Below, piece after piece: positions 40,113 through 54,207 of a DNA stretch of 64,000 nt; the first letter of the stretch is position 1, and each line of letters starts with the position of its first letter. The DNA lies in NCBI GenBank assembly GCA_964016885.1, contig OZ024748.1:7750001-7814000 (forward strand), given 5' to 3'. The stretch is from Eledone cirrhosa. Lineage: Eukaryota. A program made the position numbers and the translations under genes. The notes beneath the pieces were generated by a model. The model did not search any database, was not told the origin of the DNA, and saw only the letters and a list, made by a program, of their open reading frames with translations.

Positions 40113-41198
40113 TTTATTATTATTACTATATATCATCATCATCATCGTTTAACGTCTATCTTCCACACTAGCATGGGTTAGAGGGGTGTTGTCCCACTTG
40201 AGGCAACATTAGTCGGGTGACCATGTCTCGCTCGTATAGGACTATCTGGCAGGTTTTCTATGGCTGGATGCCCTTCCTAACACCAATATATATATATTTA
40301 TCTTTTTTCCTGACATTTGTACATTATTCCATGTACTATACATGCACCTTTGATGAGTTGTAGTGCACCTGAGCATTGTACACAATAATTTCATTATTAT
40401 TATTATTATTATTATTATCTGAGTTCAAATCCCGCCTAGGTTAACTTTGCCTTTCATCCATACTGGGTCGATAAAATAAAGTACCAGTAATGTACTGGGT
40501 AATTGCTGGCCTTGTGCCAAAAGGAGAAACTATTATTATTATTATTACTATATATATATATATGTGTGTGGACATTTTTCTAAATAAATATTTTTTTCAT
40601 TTTTGTTTATTTGTTAATGGAGAAATAATGAAATAATATGTAAATGGTGGTATTACCTCAATAAATGTGAAACTACGAGAGTTATCTTAGCTTGCTATTT
40701 ATATACTGCTGTGAATGAGATGCTTTCCTTTTTATCTTTTCCCTCTCTTCTACCACACACACACACAGAAATTATCTTGCTTCTACTACCCACCTATTTT
40801 GTTTGTCTGTTTTTAGAATGAGCCTGTTTGGTTTCATTTAAACATAGAAATACTTTTAGAATACCTTAGCTTTAAATGAATATATCTGTCAATGTATTAG
40901 TTAAAAACATACACCAACAACTTTGAAGGAAAATGTCTTTTATTACAGGGTTAATCATTTGATTTAGTGTGTGACTGTATTGTGTAACTTATCTACATGT
41001 TATTTCCCATATATATATATATATTTGTGTGTGTGTGCCTGTGAGTGAGTGTCTGCGAGTACGTGTGTGTGTGTGTCAGTATGTATGGATGTATGTATGT
41101 ATGTGTGTTTATATGTGTGTGTGTGTGTGTGTGTACTTGGTAGATGCTGTGAAGTAGGAGGCAAGCTCCCAATGAGCCGAGATTTGTGTATGTGTGTT

Positions 41199-41238
<40 letters not shown>

Positions 41239-41673
41239 TGTCTGTGAGTGTATGTATATGTCAGTGTGTGTGCATGTATGCATACTTGGTAAATGCTGTG
41301 AAGAAGGAGGGTAGCTCCCAACAAGCCAAGATAGATGTATGTGTGTGTCTGTGTAGGTGTGTCTGTGTGTGTGAGTGTGAGTGTGTGTGTGTGTGTCTGT
41401 GTGTATGTATAGATAGGTTTTCATACCTGGTTGCTGGCTGCTATTTTACTTCAATCCTGCTACTGAAAGTCTTGGAGAAGCATGAATGTCACAACACCAA
41501 TCTCCCTAAAAGGACTCAGCAAATTGATATGTACTACTTCTGATCATAAAATATAAAGAAACAATTGACTCTATTATTTCAAGAATTGAGAAAATGAATC
41601 TCTCTCTCCCCTCCCCTCCCCCCTCACTCTCCCCTCCTCTCTCTATCTCCCTCTAACCCCCCTCTTTCTCTCG

Positions 41674-41719
<46 letters not shown>

Positions 41720-43677
41720 ATATATATATGATGAAGATGATATATAATGATTCCTATAAATATATGTATATATATGTATGTATGTGTGTGTGTGTGTGTG
41801 AAAGAGAGAGAGAGAATGTATGTGTGAGAGAGCAGGTGTGTGTAACTTAATGACTTTAATAATAAAACTTACTTAATAACTTTATATATAATTAATTAGT
41901 ATAATTATTAAAATTATTTCTGATTTGCTCATTAACCTTTTAATCATTAAAACTTTTACCATGACAATTAATTTTTAGTTATAATTTATTGATTGTAGCA
42001 TTTGCCCTTCCCTTCCCCTTCCCAATTTATTTAATTATTTAAAATTTATTTCCTCTTTTTTCTCTTTCATGTCCATTGTTTTAATCCCTTATGTTATATA
42101 CTTTCATTATTGTATACTACTGTTCAACAATGAATTCATATTTAATAAACTTTGTAAAGTTTTATACAACAAACAATTCTGTAAGAATGACCACAGGAGT
42201 GATTCTTTAGTTGTGCAAATTAGATTTTCTGTTTCTTTATTTGTTACCATCGATATTATTTTACATAATAGAAGTAAAGATAATATATTACTACTCCTCT
42301 GACGTTTCACTGCTTCAACTTATCCTGTTGCTATCATCTTAGATTATTTACAACTCCTTCGGTCTCTTTGCTCCTCTCACTATTGTAATTCAATGCACAA
42401 CAGTGTTGCCTGTTAATGTTGCTACTACAATTTGCTTCTTAATATCTCTTCTCTTTATTAATATGTTAGCAGTCAAATTTAGACAATTATTTCTGTTGGA
42501 TAAAAGCACCCTATTATAATGGGTCATGATTGGATATAGATTCAACATTGTCCCCATAGGATATTCTTTAAATAATAATTTGCTTCAAAGTAATATATTA
42601 TTATTATCTTAATTATGTAACTTTAAGTTGATATTTATAATTTATTAAGTTTTATGCAGGTTTTACTGCATATTATTATTTTATTTCTCATTATTTGAAG
42701 GTAAGTGAGATTTCCTGGCATTTCTACATCAGATTTTTACCTGTAGCTTTGAAATATTTATGTATACTTGGAATATAAGTAATTTTTTTCTAAAGTTAGA
42801 TAAAATCCTGATAAAAATATTTATTATAAATTTAATTTATACTCTTACTTTATTGAATCTTTATGTGACTCTTATGATATATTTGAATATTTTAAAATAA
42901 TTATGATATAGTCAGTGACCTTAAATGTTATCATTTCATACAATTATAACTTTGATGTTATTGCATGCTGAAGACACGTGGCCTTATGGTTAGGGTGTTG
43001 GGCTCACAATCATAAGGTCATTGGTTCAAATTCATGGCTGGGTGTCATGTTGTGTGTTTTAAGTTGATATTTATTAAGTTTTATTTCACATATCTCCTTC
43101 TCTCAGGAGTGGTGACCCGTAGATAGTATCAGCAATGGAAATATTGTTTTCTTGGTCTGATCTTAAGACCAGCTTCTTTCCTTTTCATTCTTTATAGAAG
43201 ATTGAATCTTCAAACCTTCTATCAAAACACAGTTATCATGATGTATATTTGAAGATAGTGAGGGTAGTACATATAGTAGAGAACTAAACTCATTTGTTCT
43301 ATAAAATCTGATTCCTAAAAATCTATATTTCTTATATTTATATAGAAAATATATTTCCCCATTGATTACTGAATAATTCTATATTTTCAAAGTACTCATA
43401 TTATATCATTTTACACACATGTTTAGGATAATCAAAAGCTGCTTTAAAATTAATTTTATTATTTTTTAACCACCATGTAATAACATATTTTTGTTTTTAA
43501 TGATTTCATTATTTTAATCAAAGAAAATTGTATTTTCTTTCATTTTTTCTCAAAGCAACTCATTTTTTTTATTAGAAGAAACTTTCCCCCTCATGTTTCT
43601 TATCTTCATTTTCTCATCTACATTTAATTACTTTTATATCAAGATAAATTGCTTGCTAATGGATAAATGTTGTTTAT

Positions 43678-43900
43678 CTCTTTACCATTTACATTACTCT
43701 ATATATTTACTATTATATTTTTGTGGTAAACACTTTATCTCACATAATTATCTCGCATAATATCGAATCTATGAGATGTTGATATTATTTATTTTGAGAA
43801 CAATACCTTAACATCAGTATAAGTGGCTAGTTACAGCCTGTTTGAACAGAAAGAGGTGAGGGAATTCTGGCTGGATACAGCCAGTTTAAATGCAATAGAG
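43678..43900. mobile_element. MITE family 1 copy (decayed ends)
   Basis: Internal identity with other copies. Confidence 0.8.
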
Positions 43901-44174
43901 TTACACATGTATTTATTGACATTTTATTTTAAAATCAAGTTTTTAGTGTCTTCTTATTTACATTTGCTATTTCCAATTATTTTTACTAAAGTGTCTTTTA
44001 TAATTCTTATATTTTCTAATTAGGCCAAATTTGTTAATAAATTCCTACAATTATAAGAGGGTTCATAAAAACCCCAGCTCAATTCACTTTCTGGACTGGT
44101 TAAAAACAAGTTCATTAATTCAAATGCTATGAATTTATGCAAAACTTTTACATCTAAATCATTATAAAAAATAG

Positions 44175-44270
<96 letters not shown>

Positions 44271-44509
44271 GAAATTTAATATAGAAATGGCTTCTATGGG
44301 ACTAGAACTGTTTCATTCATATGAAAATATGAAATCATCAAGAATGTTCTAATTGAGTACCGTAATTACTGTGGTTACCCCACCCCCTCCCGATATCACT
44401 CAGGATCTATATATATAATAATTGTTTCTACTTTTGGCACAAGGCCAGCAATTACCCAGTGTATTACTGGTACTTTATTTTATCGACCCCGTAAGGATGA
44501 AAGGCAAAG

Positions 44510-44880
44510 TAATATCTCTTTAGTCTGACTAAGAACATAACAAAGTTTCTTGTGTTGATATCTCAATAAATTGAACTCTGTAAAGTGATTGGTGTTAAGA
44601 AGAGCATACAACCAAAGACACCAGGCCAAATATATATATATAATAATGACATGAGATGGATAGGTCGTCACTGATCCAAATCAGTTCATATTTGGCATCA
44701 CTGCTCTCCTTGATGGATGAGAGGGCCATATCTCATTTGTAGGTACTATATTTGGCATGGTGTCTTTGGTTGTATGCTCTTCCTAACACCAATCACTTTA
44801 CAGAGTGTAATAAGTTCAATTTATTGAGATATCAACACAAGAAACTTTGTTATGTTCTTAGTCAGACTAAAGAGATATTA
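44510..44880. repeat. Inverted duplication (~125-bp arms, ~110-bp spacer)
   Basis: taatatctctttagtctgactaagaacataacaaagtttcttgtgttgatatctcaataaattgaact is mirrored exactly at ~44813-44880. Confidence 0.9.
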
Positions 44881-45168
44881 AATAGAAATATATATTTTAA
44901 TAAGAGCAAATAAATTTAATTTGATTTGTTATTTTTTTAATTAATTAGGTAATAATCTCATGCCTATTAAATTATTTATACTCTGTAGAATTTATAGTTT
45001 AACTCTTAAGATCCTGTACTATATGAAGTTATTTCACTAATGCTGCTCACTAGAATTAATTTTCTGTCCACTAGTGAAGATACTATAAACATATAAACTA
45101 AAAAAAAACCTCATCATCGTTTTTACATCCGCTTTTCTTTGCTTGCATGGGCTGGATGTGATTTACAC

Positions 45169-45240
45169 CTCTCCAGCGAGGCATCAAACCCCTGTCTCTT
45201 GTGTGACAGGCAGGGATACTTACCACTATACTACCAGATA
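45169..45240 (-). pseudogene. tRNA-Asp(GUC) pseudogene / SINE head
   Basis: Minus strand ..tagtatagtggtaagtatccctgcctGTCacacaagagacaggggtttgatgcctcg.. follows the metazoan tRNA-Asp consensus with CpG-type decay; acceptor stem and T-loop damaged. Confidence 0.8.
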
Positions 45241-45685
45241 TAAATATATCTATAACATGCCTCCTGTTTATTGCAACATAATCACACAAATCACACACTT
45301 GCTAAACAAGAGAAAGAGATCATATCATGTTGTAGACACCAACATAAAAACAGGGTAGACAACCAACAATATAGCTACAGTGGTATGTACAAGCTGTGAA
45401 AATACCCTTACACAGAAACATTGACTGAGATTCAATTAGAAATATCAAACCCAAATTACATATGTAGAATGCTAGAATGCTTCACACACATTCATATATA
45501 TCAACATATATATTTAGATAGACTTAAAAGTACTTTTATACTCAAAGAAAACACACCCCATTAAGATTATAAATAATAATAATAATAATGAAATTATTGT
45601 GTACAGTGCTCAGGTGCACTACAACTCATCAAAGGTGCATGTATAGTAATGATTGATCAACAAATCATAAAAATTGTGATTAGTT

Positions 45686-46750
45686 AATAATTACTATATT
45701 ATAACTACTCTCAAAACAATAATTACTATATTATAACTACTCTCAAAACAATAATTACTATATTATAACTACTCTCAAAACAATAATTACTATATTATAA
45801 CCACTCAAAACAATAATTACTATATTATAACTACTCTCAAAACAATAATTACTATATTATAACCACTCAAAACAATAATTACTATATTATAACTACTCTC
45901 AAAACAATAATTACTATATTATAACCACTCAAAACAATAATTACTATATTATAACCACTCAAAACAATAATTACTATATAACTACTCTCAAAACAATAAT
46001 TACTATATTATAACCACTCAAAACAATAATTACTATATTATAACTACTCTCAAAACAATAATTACTATATTATAACCACTCAAAACAATAATTACTATAT
46101 TATAACCACTCAAAACAATAATTACTATATTATAACCACTCAAAACAATAATTACTATATTATAACTACTCTCAAAACAATTACTATATTATAACTACTC
46201 TCAAAATAATAACTATATTATAACTACTCTCAAAATAATAACTATATTATAACTACTCTCAAAATAATAACTATATTATAACCACTCTCAAAATAATAAC
46301 TATATTATAACTACTCTCAAAATAATAACTATATTATAACTACTCTCAAAACAATTACTATATTATAACTACTCTCAAAATAATAACTATATTATAACTA
46401 CTCTCAAAATAATAACTATATTATAACTACTCTCAAAATAATAACTATATTATAACTACTCTCAAAACAATAACTATATTATAACTACTCTCAAAACAAT
46501 AACTATATTATAACTACTCTCAAAACAATAACTATATTATAACTACTCTCAAAACAATTACTATATTATAACTACTCTCAAAATAATAACTATATTATAA
46601 CTACTCTCAAAACAATTACTATATTATAACTACTCTCAAAATAATAACTATATTATAACTACTCTCAAAATAATAACTATATTATAACTACTCTCAAAAC
46701 AATAACTATATTATAATTACTCTCAAAACAAGAGCTACTGTATTATAACC
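45686..46750. repeat. 29-32-bp AT-rich minisatellite (~35 copies)
   Basis: Unit aataattactatattataactactctcaaaac, with a gradient of length variants along the array. Confidence 0.95.
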
Positions 46751-47221
46751 ACAGTATCTGTAGAGTGTTAGACACCATGCTTTGCAGCATAGAGTTATGG
46801 CCATTTATTTTCTGAGTTCAAATCCCGCCGAGGTTTGCTTTGCCTTTCATCTTTACGGGGTCAATAAAATAAAGTACGAGTAATATACTGGGGTCGATTT
46901 AATCAACTTTCCTCTCCCCCAAATTTCTGGCTTTGTGTCTATAGTAGAAATCATTATCATCATCATTGTTTAATGTTTATTTTTCATGCTTGCTTGAATT
47001 AGACATGTGATGTGGTGAGTCTACAGAGGTCAGTTGAGCATGTCTTGCTCATATCTTCTGTTTTGGGTTTGATCGCTATGGCTGCATGCCCTTCCTACTT
47101 CAATAAAATATCCTATAGTGATTGCTGAAATATTTTTGATCTCAGGTCTATATTATAAACTAACAAAATATGAAGCTTTGAATATTAATAAAAGCCATTC
47201 AACTTTGGTGGGAAAGTTTAA

Positions 47222-47416
47222 CCCTTTAGCATTTACATTAGTCTATATTTACTATTGTATTTTCATCGTAACGGCTTTATCTCACATAATATCAAATGTA
47301 AGCGATTTTGATATTTATTTTGCAAACAATACCTTAACATCAGTATGAGTGGCCAGTTACAACCAGTTTGAACAGAAAAAGGAGAAAGAATTCTGGCCAG
47401 TTTAAATGCTAAAGGG
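47222..47416. mobile_element. MITE family 1 copy
   Basis: ttaa|ccctttagcattta...taaatgctaaaggg|ttaa, perfect TIR. Confidence 0.9.
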
Positions 47417-48092
47417 TTAAGAAGAAAAGCAATGCATACACATTTATGCATTCATCATCATTTTTATTTTAATATCCATTTTAACATGGTGGCATAATTT
47501 GTGTAGAGTGGCTTAATGTCACTCTACACACTGTGTGTCTCATCTCAATTGTGAATTACATATAATTAGAATTCCAGTCTTTCCTCTTCTTTCTAAGCAT
47601 TTCTTTCAACCTGCTGCTGTTATTTATTTGCTTCACATGTTCATCATACTAATGCAGCTGTTTTTCTGTATGCATTGCTTGATATCTTTAAAGTATAGCT
47701 GCTCTCTTAACTCTCTTTTGTTGGTGTCTCTCAGACAAGCTAATGGATCGTGACTGTTTCTGTCTGTGTTGGCGTTTATTACCCTAGCATTAATAGCTAC
47801 AACTTTACAGAAGATACATTGCCAGTGTTTTAACTTAGACATGGATAAATTAAAATAAAAACAAAAACTTGTGTTATTAAATGATCCGATACAAAGCTGT
47901 TATCAGTTGTAACTTATTGGTTTCTCTTGCTCTCCCCATCTCTCACTATTATAATCAAATGAAGGCCCACGTACTGGCCACCCCATGGCCCCAGTGGACA
48001 GAATAGAGAAAGGTGTTTCCCTGAAGGATGGTGAGGGGAAACATGTTGGAAGAGTCATTACAGCTCATGAGGCTCACACCATGTTGATGGTG

Positions 48093-49198
48093 GCTACAGG
48101 TAGCCAACTCCATGGCGATGGTGGGGAGTATGGAGCTGGTCCTAGGGTCAAGGACACCAGAAGGCTCCACTGCTACAGGTAGCCAACTCCATGGCGATGG
48201 TGGGGAGTATGGAGCTGGTCCTAGGGTCAAGGACACCAGAAGGCTCCACTGCTACAGGTAGCCAACTCCATGGCGATGGTGGGGAGTAGGGAGCTGGTCC
48301 TAGGGGCAAGGACACCAGAAGGCTCCACTGCTACAGGTAGCCAACTCCATGGCGATGGTGGGGAGTATGGAGCTGGTCCTAGGGTCAAGGACACCAGAAG
48401 GCTCCACTGCTACAGGTAGCCAACTCCATGGCGATGGTGGGGAGTATGGAGCTGGTCCTAGGGTCAAGGACACCAGAAGGCTCCACTGCTACAGGTAGCC
48501 AACTCCATGGCGATGGTGGGGAGTAGGGAGCTGGTCCTAGGGGCAAGGACACCAGAAGGCTCCACTGCTACAGGTAGACAACTCCATGGCGATGGTGGGG
48601 AGTATGGAGCTGGTCCTAGGGTCAAGGACACCAGAAGGCTCCACTGCTACAGGTAGCCAACTCCATGGCGATGGTGGGGAGTAGGGAGCTGGTCCTAGGG
48701 GCAAGGACACCAGAAGGCTCCACTGCTACAGGTAGCCAACTCCATGGCGATGGTGGGGAGTAGGGAGCTGGTCCTAGGGGCAAGGACACCAGAAGGCTCC
48801 ACTGCTACAGGTAGCCAACTCCATGGCGATGGTGGGGAGTATGGAGCTGGTCCTAGGGGCAAGGACACCAGAAGGCTCCACTGCTACAGGTAGCCAACTC
48901 CATGGCGATGGTGGGGAGTATGGAGCTGGTCCTAGGGGCAAGGACACCAGAAGGCTCCACTGCTACAGGTAGCCAACTCCATGGCGATGGTGGGGAGTAG
49001 GGAGCTGGTCCTAGGGGCAAGGACACCAGAAGGCTCCACTGCTACAGGTAGCCAACTCCATGGCGATGGTGGGGAGTATGGAGCTGGTCCTAGGGGCAAG
49101 GACACCAGAAGGCTCCACTGCTACAGGTAGCCAACTCCATGGCGATGGTGGGGAGTATGGAGCTGGTCCTAGGGGCAAGGACACCAGAAGGCTCCACT
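48093..49198. repeat. 79-bp GC-rich tandem array, 14 near-identical copies
   Basis: Unit gctacaggtagccaactccatggcgatggtggggagtatggagctggtcctagggtcaaggacaccagaaggctccact; 1106 bp = 14 x 79. Confidence 0.97.
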
Positions 49199-49254
49199 GA
49201 AATTATCTATAAATGAAATTTATAGATTTCATGGTATAATAGGTTTGATATGTT

Positions 49255-49500
49255 GTCATATTTCCTTGAGCAAGACACTTTATTTCATGTTGTTCCAGTC
49301 CTCTAAACTGGTAAAATGAGTTGCATTTGTATTTCAAATGTCTGCTTTATCACATACAATTTCATGCTGAATCTCCATGAGAACTATGTTAAGGATAATC
49401 ATGTCTATGGAATACTAAATCACTTACACATAAGTTTCACAAGAGGTTGTTCCATTGTTCAAACAACTGGAATTCTCATCGTTGAAACTGACTGAGGTCC
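49255..49500 (+). mobile_element. SINE family 4 (same core as families 2/3, third tail type); related copy ~61432-61682
   Basis: ccttgagcaagacactttatttcatg core followed by gaatctc..atgtct.tggaat..cactt.cacat.a.tttcacaa..gttgttccatt shared between the two loci. Confidence 0.6.
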
Positions 49501-49959
49501 AACACATTATTGGATGATTTATGCCAGATATTGACTGAAATAACTCAGAAAATGTTTAGTTCTGGTGACATTGAAGCTGAATGAAACTAAATTGAAACCA
49601 TAATCTGTTAGATGACAACTCTGCATCTTCTCTGATGGGATTATAATACTCAAACTATTTCATATACACCCAATTAATATTAAATGCTAGATGCTGTGTT
49701 GCGTAATTTTTCTGTTATCGTATAAATATTAATAGTTAAAAAATAATTATGTAAACATTTATATTATAAACTACTGAGAGGATCCTAAATAAGCAGAGTA
49801 ATTCAAGTTACCATCTTCCACTTGTGTGTTGGTTAGTGTTAGTCTTTAGTTCATCAAGTTACCATCTTTCACAGTGTTAGTCTTCAGTTCAAAGACTGAG
49901 TTGGGCTGGTGGCAATGATGTTCTTGTCATCATTGACAGCTTGCTATACTGATGTATAA

Positions 49960-50160
49960 CCCTTTAGCATACAAACTGGCCAGAATTCTCTCACCTCTTT
50001 CTGTTGAAACTGGCCACAACTAGCCACTCGTACTGACATTAAGGTATTGTTTTCAAAATAAATAATATCAAAATCTCATGGATTTGATATTATGTGAAAT
50101 TATGTGAGATAAAGCCTTTACTGCGAAAATACAATAGTAAATATAGAGTAATGCAAATGG
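49960..50160. mobile_element. MITE family 1 copy
   Basis: taa|ccctttagcat start and conserved interior; right end decayed. Confidence 0.8.
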
Positions 50161-50351
50161 ATAAGAGGATATCCATGAGGGTGCTTGGCTATTCTTTCAC
50201 CTTAGCAATGCTATCACCTGTCACAATGTTGCAAGTGTGATGCTTCACCTAAAAAATATACGAGAAGAAACTTCAGAACCCTTTGTTGTGTGTGTCTGCC
50301 TTCTACATATTTTCCTCTCATTTTTTTTTCTTGATAAAATATGATAGAAAC

Positions 50352-50610
50352 TATATTGTTATATTTGGGAAGGGTCATTTCCTAATATTGCCAAAAATAG
50401 TAAAAGCACTCTCACTGTTTTACTATTTCTGGCAATATTAGAACAACACTCCCCAAATATAACAATATATGTTTCAACAAACAAAGTATCATATCAAAGC
50501 AAGAGAAAACCAAACCAAGCAGTGAGTGTGTTTTACTATATTTTTCTGGCAATATTAGAACAGCACTCTCCAAATATAACTATTTGTTTCAACACACAAT
50601 TTCATATCAA
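50352..50610 (+). mobile_element. Family F: inverted plus partial-tandem terminal repeats
   Basis: Inverted arm 50352-50415, then two direct copies ending ..caaatataac..gtttcaaca. Confidence 0.65.
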
Positions 50611-50780
50611 ATTGCAAAACAAATGCCACCAGAACATGTTGTAAAAATTGAAATCTTCTAAGTATGTATAATGATCATTATTATTTATTCTCTAATAGGT
50701 TAAAAATTACACAGAGTATATTTTCTCATTAATTTTAGAAATATAGTAGTTTCCTGTTTGTGGTATATATCTCTGTATCA

Positions 50781-51050
50781 ATCATCATCATTTTACGTCC
50801 GCTTTTCCCTGCTTGCAAGGGTGTGATGGGTCTTATTCAGCACAACATCTCTCCACTTGTCACGGTCCTTCGTCATCTCCACCGTGAGCTTCAGCAATCT
50901 GAGGTCTGTTCTCACTACCTCCGCCCATGTTTTTTGTGGTCTACCTCTACCATGTCTTCCTTCAACTGGCATTTCCTGGCTCTTCTTCACCCATCAGTCA
51001 TCCTCCATGCGCATCACATGTCTATACCACTGCAGTCTCCTCTCTCGCAC
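50781..51050 (-). mobile_element. RTE-clade LINE 3' fragment
   Basis: ..RLQWYRHVMR..VEGRHGRGRPQKTWAEVVRTDL..KDRDKWR; (ATG)n tail. Confidence 0.85.
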
Positions 51051-51179
51051 ACTACATTCAATATATATTTAAAATACTATCAATATATATTTTAAATATA
51101 TTTCTGTGCGAAATATTGTAATCTTTTCTAAGCAAATTATTTTTTTGTTTAATTTTTATTTATACAAGAAAGCAATGGT

Positions 51180-51440
51180 TATCCGTTAATCAAATCCACA
51201 CATCACGTGCTAGGGCAGCCCATTATCTCCATCGATGGGAAATGAAAGACAGCCCAGCTTATGACTGTGGCAACCCTGACCAGACAGTGCTGCATGTTGT
51301 TCAGGATTGCCCCCCAACTTCCCCTATTTTCCAAGCAGTTTGGAGGCAACCCATAATACTACAAATGATGCCTTGGTCTGGTTCACCAATCTCAATTTGT
51401 CTCTCTAACCATTGTGCCTATGTCATATGACGAGAAGAAT
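51180..51440 (+). mobile_element. Ingi/Vingi-type LINE 3' fragment (decayed C-terminal zinc knuckle)
   Basis: LHRWEMKDSPAYDCGNPDQTVLHVVQDCP resembles the LHKW..DSP.C.CG...QT..H....CP motif. Confidence 0.6.
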
Positions 51441-52476
51441 GCAGTCAATTAGGGAGTGCCATTAGAGTGCTGGATGTTAGTTCTGAGACTCTGTATACTG
51501 AGTTCAAATCCTGCTCTGGTCCACTTTAGCTTTCATCCTTGTAGGGTTGATAAATAAAGTACCAACCAGAAACAGTGCTGTTGTTGCCCTCCCCCCTTCC
51601 TCGATGTTCCATTGGCTCAAAGGAAGGAGCGTCGAGAGGGTGACTGTGTTTGCTCATGATTTAATGGGTACCAAAATATTTAGCAATAACATAGTACACA
51701 CTCAAAGTTGTACTCAATTTTGAGTGATAGCTGTAGTTAGCTAGTTAGTAACAAGGTGTCTGACAAATAATTTTCCTGATGAAAATCTCATTAATTTTGT
51801 GCACATCTATTAGTATATTATTAAGACTAAGCTATAAGCTAGCAGTTTATTGCTTTGTTTGTTTCATTATATATTTTCTATATTAAAAATATTACTGATT
51901 TAGTTTCCTCATAATTTGGTTGATGGAATGTTGTGTCTAAATTTGTAATTGAGGATAGTATAGAAAATGTGTGTAAAGGTTCACTCATTATATGCACATA
52001 TTTTAAGAATATATATATATATATATATGTGTATATATATATATATATAAACAAGCATCTGGTTTTATTAAGTGTATTATTTTCATGTTGCCTCCTGCAA
52101 TCATATATCTGGCATATGAAATCTTAGATTGTACAGCCTTAGTGAAGAACACTTAGAAAAGGATGGTGTGTTTTCTATATTTTAAAGTGGCAATTGTTAT
52201 AACAACATACTGACTTTAAAGTTACTTTCATGCTATATACTTAGTTTTATCAAGAACAGCAGAGCTTTGTTACAGGAAATCAAAATTATTAATATAAAAA
52301 TTTTATCAGATTAGCATTATTTATTTATTTATCCAAAGTCATTTACATTCTTCTTTAAGTTCTACAATTTATGCTTTAAAACTTCTTTTTTCATCAACAT
52401 CAATATCTGTTTTGAAATTCTGTTTTCATAAACCATAGATTTAAAAGTTTATAGAAATCATTTTTTTTTATTAGCT

Positions 52477-52533
<57 letters not shown>

Positions 52534-52535
<2 letters not shown>

Positions 52536-52867
52536 CGATATTAAACAAATGGAAACTATATTTATAAAACCATATTTATTTCATTATACATATTTCGGGG
52601 ATACTATATTAAAAATATGGCATGCCTTCGTCAGATAAAATACAATATATAAACAGTTTTAATATATTGTATTTTATCTGACGAAGGCATGCCATATTTT
52701 TAATATGGTATCCCCGAAATATGTATAATGAAATAAATATGGTTTTATAAATATAGTTTCCATTTGTTTAATATCGTATATCTACTCCAAAAACTTGTCA
52801 AGTGCTTTATATCAGTTATAAAATATTTACTTGTTGTAACCCAACAATTTTAAATAAAACTTTTGCA
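52534..52867 (+). mobile_element. Fold-back element family A (arms 52534-52650/52662-52778 + tail)
   Basis: Nearly perfect 117-bp arms; long (TA)n on the left and (TA)n on the right. Confidence 0.88.
52670..52735 (+). ncRNA. Minimal hammerhead ribozyme motif (mirror copy at 52577-52642, minus)
   Basis: tattttat CTGACGA aggcatgccatat-tttta-atatggtatcccc GAAA tatgta ta atgaaata; predicted cut after 52727. Confidence 0.75.
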
Positions 52868-54207
52868 TATATATATATATATATATACTTTAATGATTTA
52901 GTAGGAAATATCTAAAAGCATGTTTGTTAATTCAAGTGTTTATAGTATCTTTATTAACGCATAGATAGATCTTTGTGAAAATTTCAGTAAACACATCAGT
53001 AAAAACATCAATTTTTAATGAGACAGTTATAGTGCTGTTTTGTTGTCTTGCTAATGTGGTTTTATGTAGTCTTAGTCTTAAGTCCTCCTGTACCCTGGAG
53101 CATGTTGGCCAATGAGTTGTTTCCAATTTACTCGATCAGCTGTGGCATCTTACATAGTTTCTCAGTCCAGTCCAAATCTTCTTTTCATGTAGTACAGGAT
53201 GTTAAAATGTATTAATATAGTTTTACATTGAAATGCGGAAGCAAGATGCCCGAAGAGGAAGATTTTAATTAACAGTAAAGAAAACTCCTCTACAGCCACC
53301 TGAGAAGTGACCATTTCTAATGTACAGAACATGAGTAGCCATAATCTATATAATGTGTATCCAGTGCAAACTGTACTAGCATGAAAAGATGGACATCAAA
53401 TCATGATAGAACCACAGTTAATGAAGATGGAAAGTAATCCATGAATCATCTATCAATATATCATTTGGATATTGTGTGTGAGTGTGTGAACATGTTAAAG
53501 ACCTGTAACAGAAAACTCAGTACTATCTAGGAATGATCTGTCTTAGTTGATATGTAGGAATGAATTAGGTATATATAATTAGGTAGATATATATAAACTC
53601 AATACAATGTTGTCAGTGCAGCAAAAGGATTTCTCCTTGAATGACAGTAGGACTTCAGTGTAATAAAAACAAACATAAATAGAAGTTCACAAAGTCTCAG
53701 ATGACTGTTTATAAGTAGTTGATTGTTGTTTTCTTTTAATGTTTTTGATAGTTCTATTTTTATTATTCACAGTTGTATAAATATCATTACAAATCTTTAC
53801 AGAATGAAAATATAAACACATATAAATAAGTACATTTTAATTATTGCTTGGAACTTCACAAATATAAAACAAAATATATATCAAATATAATATACAAAAA
53901 GGGAAAACAAAAACGAAAACGACCATAAATTCACCACCAAGTGTGACCTAATTAATGCTCAAGTGAGTTATAGTGAAATCATGATACCTTGACTAAAAAA
54001 ATTAGCAGAAGTTTAGAAAGCTTGCAGCAGTATTGAAAACAAGTGAACAGCTAGAAAGTTAGTTGACCTATTATAAATAGTAGCTTAACCTCCCGCAAAT
54101 CATACCCAGAAAACATGTAAACATCGGTGGCATGAAGAGAAGTGACTGGTATGTATGGGCGACTGCTGGTCTTTCACAAAAACAACTTGCCCAGGCTTGT
54201 GCCTTAG

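Noticed and set aside
40993-41543. His/Thr- and Cys/Val-rich ORFs
   Set aside because: (GT)n microsatellite with a local duplication.
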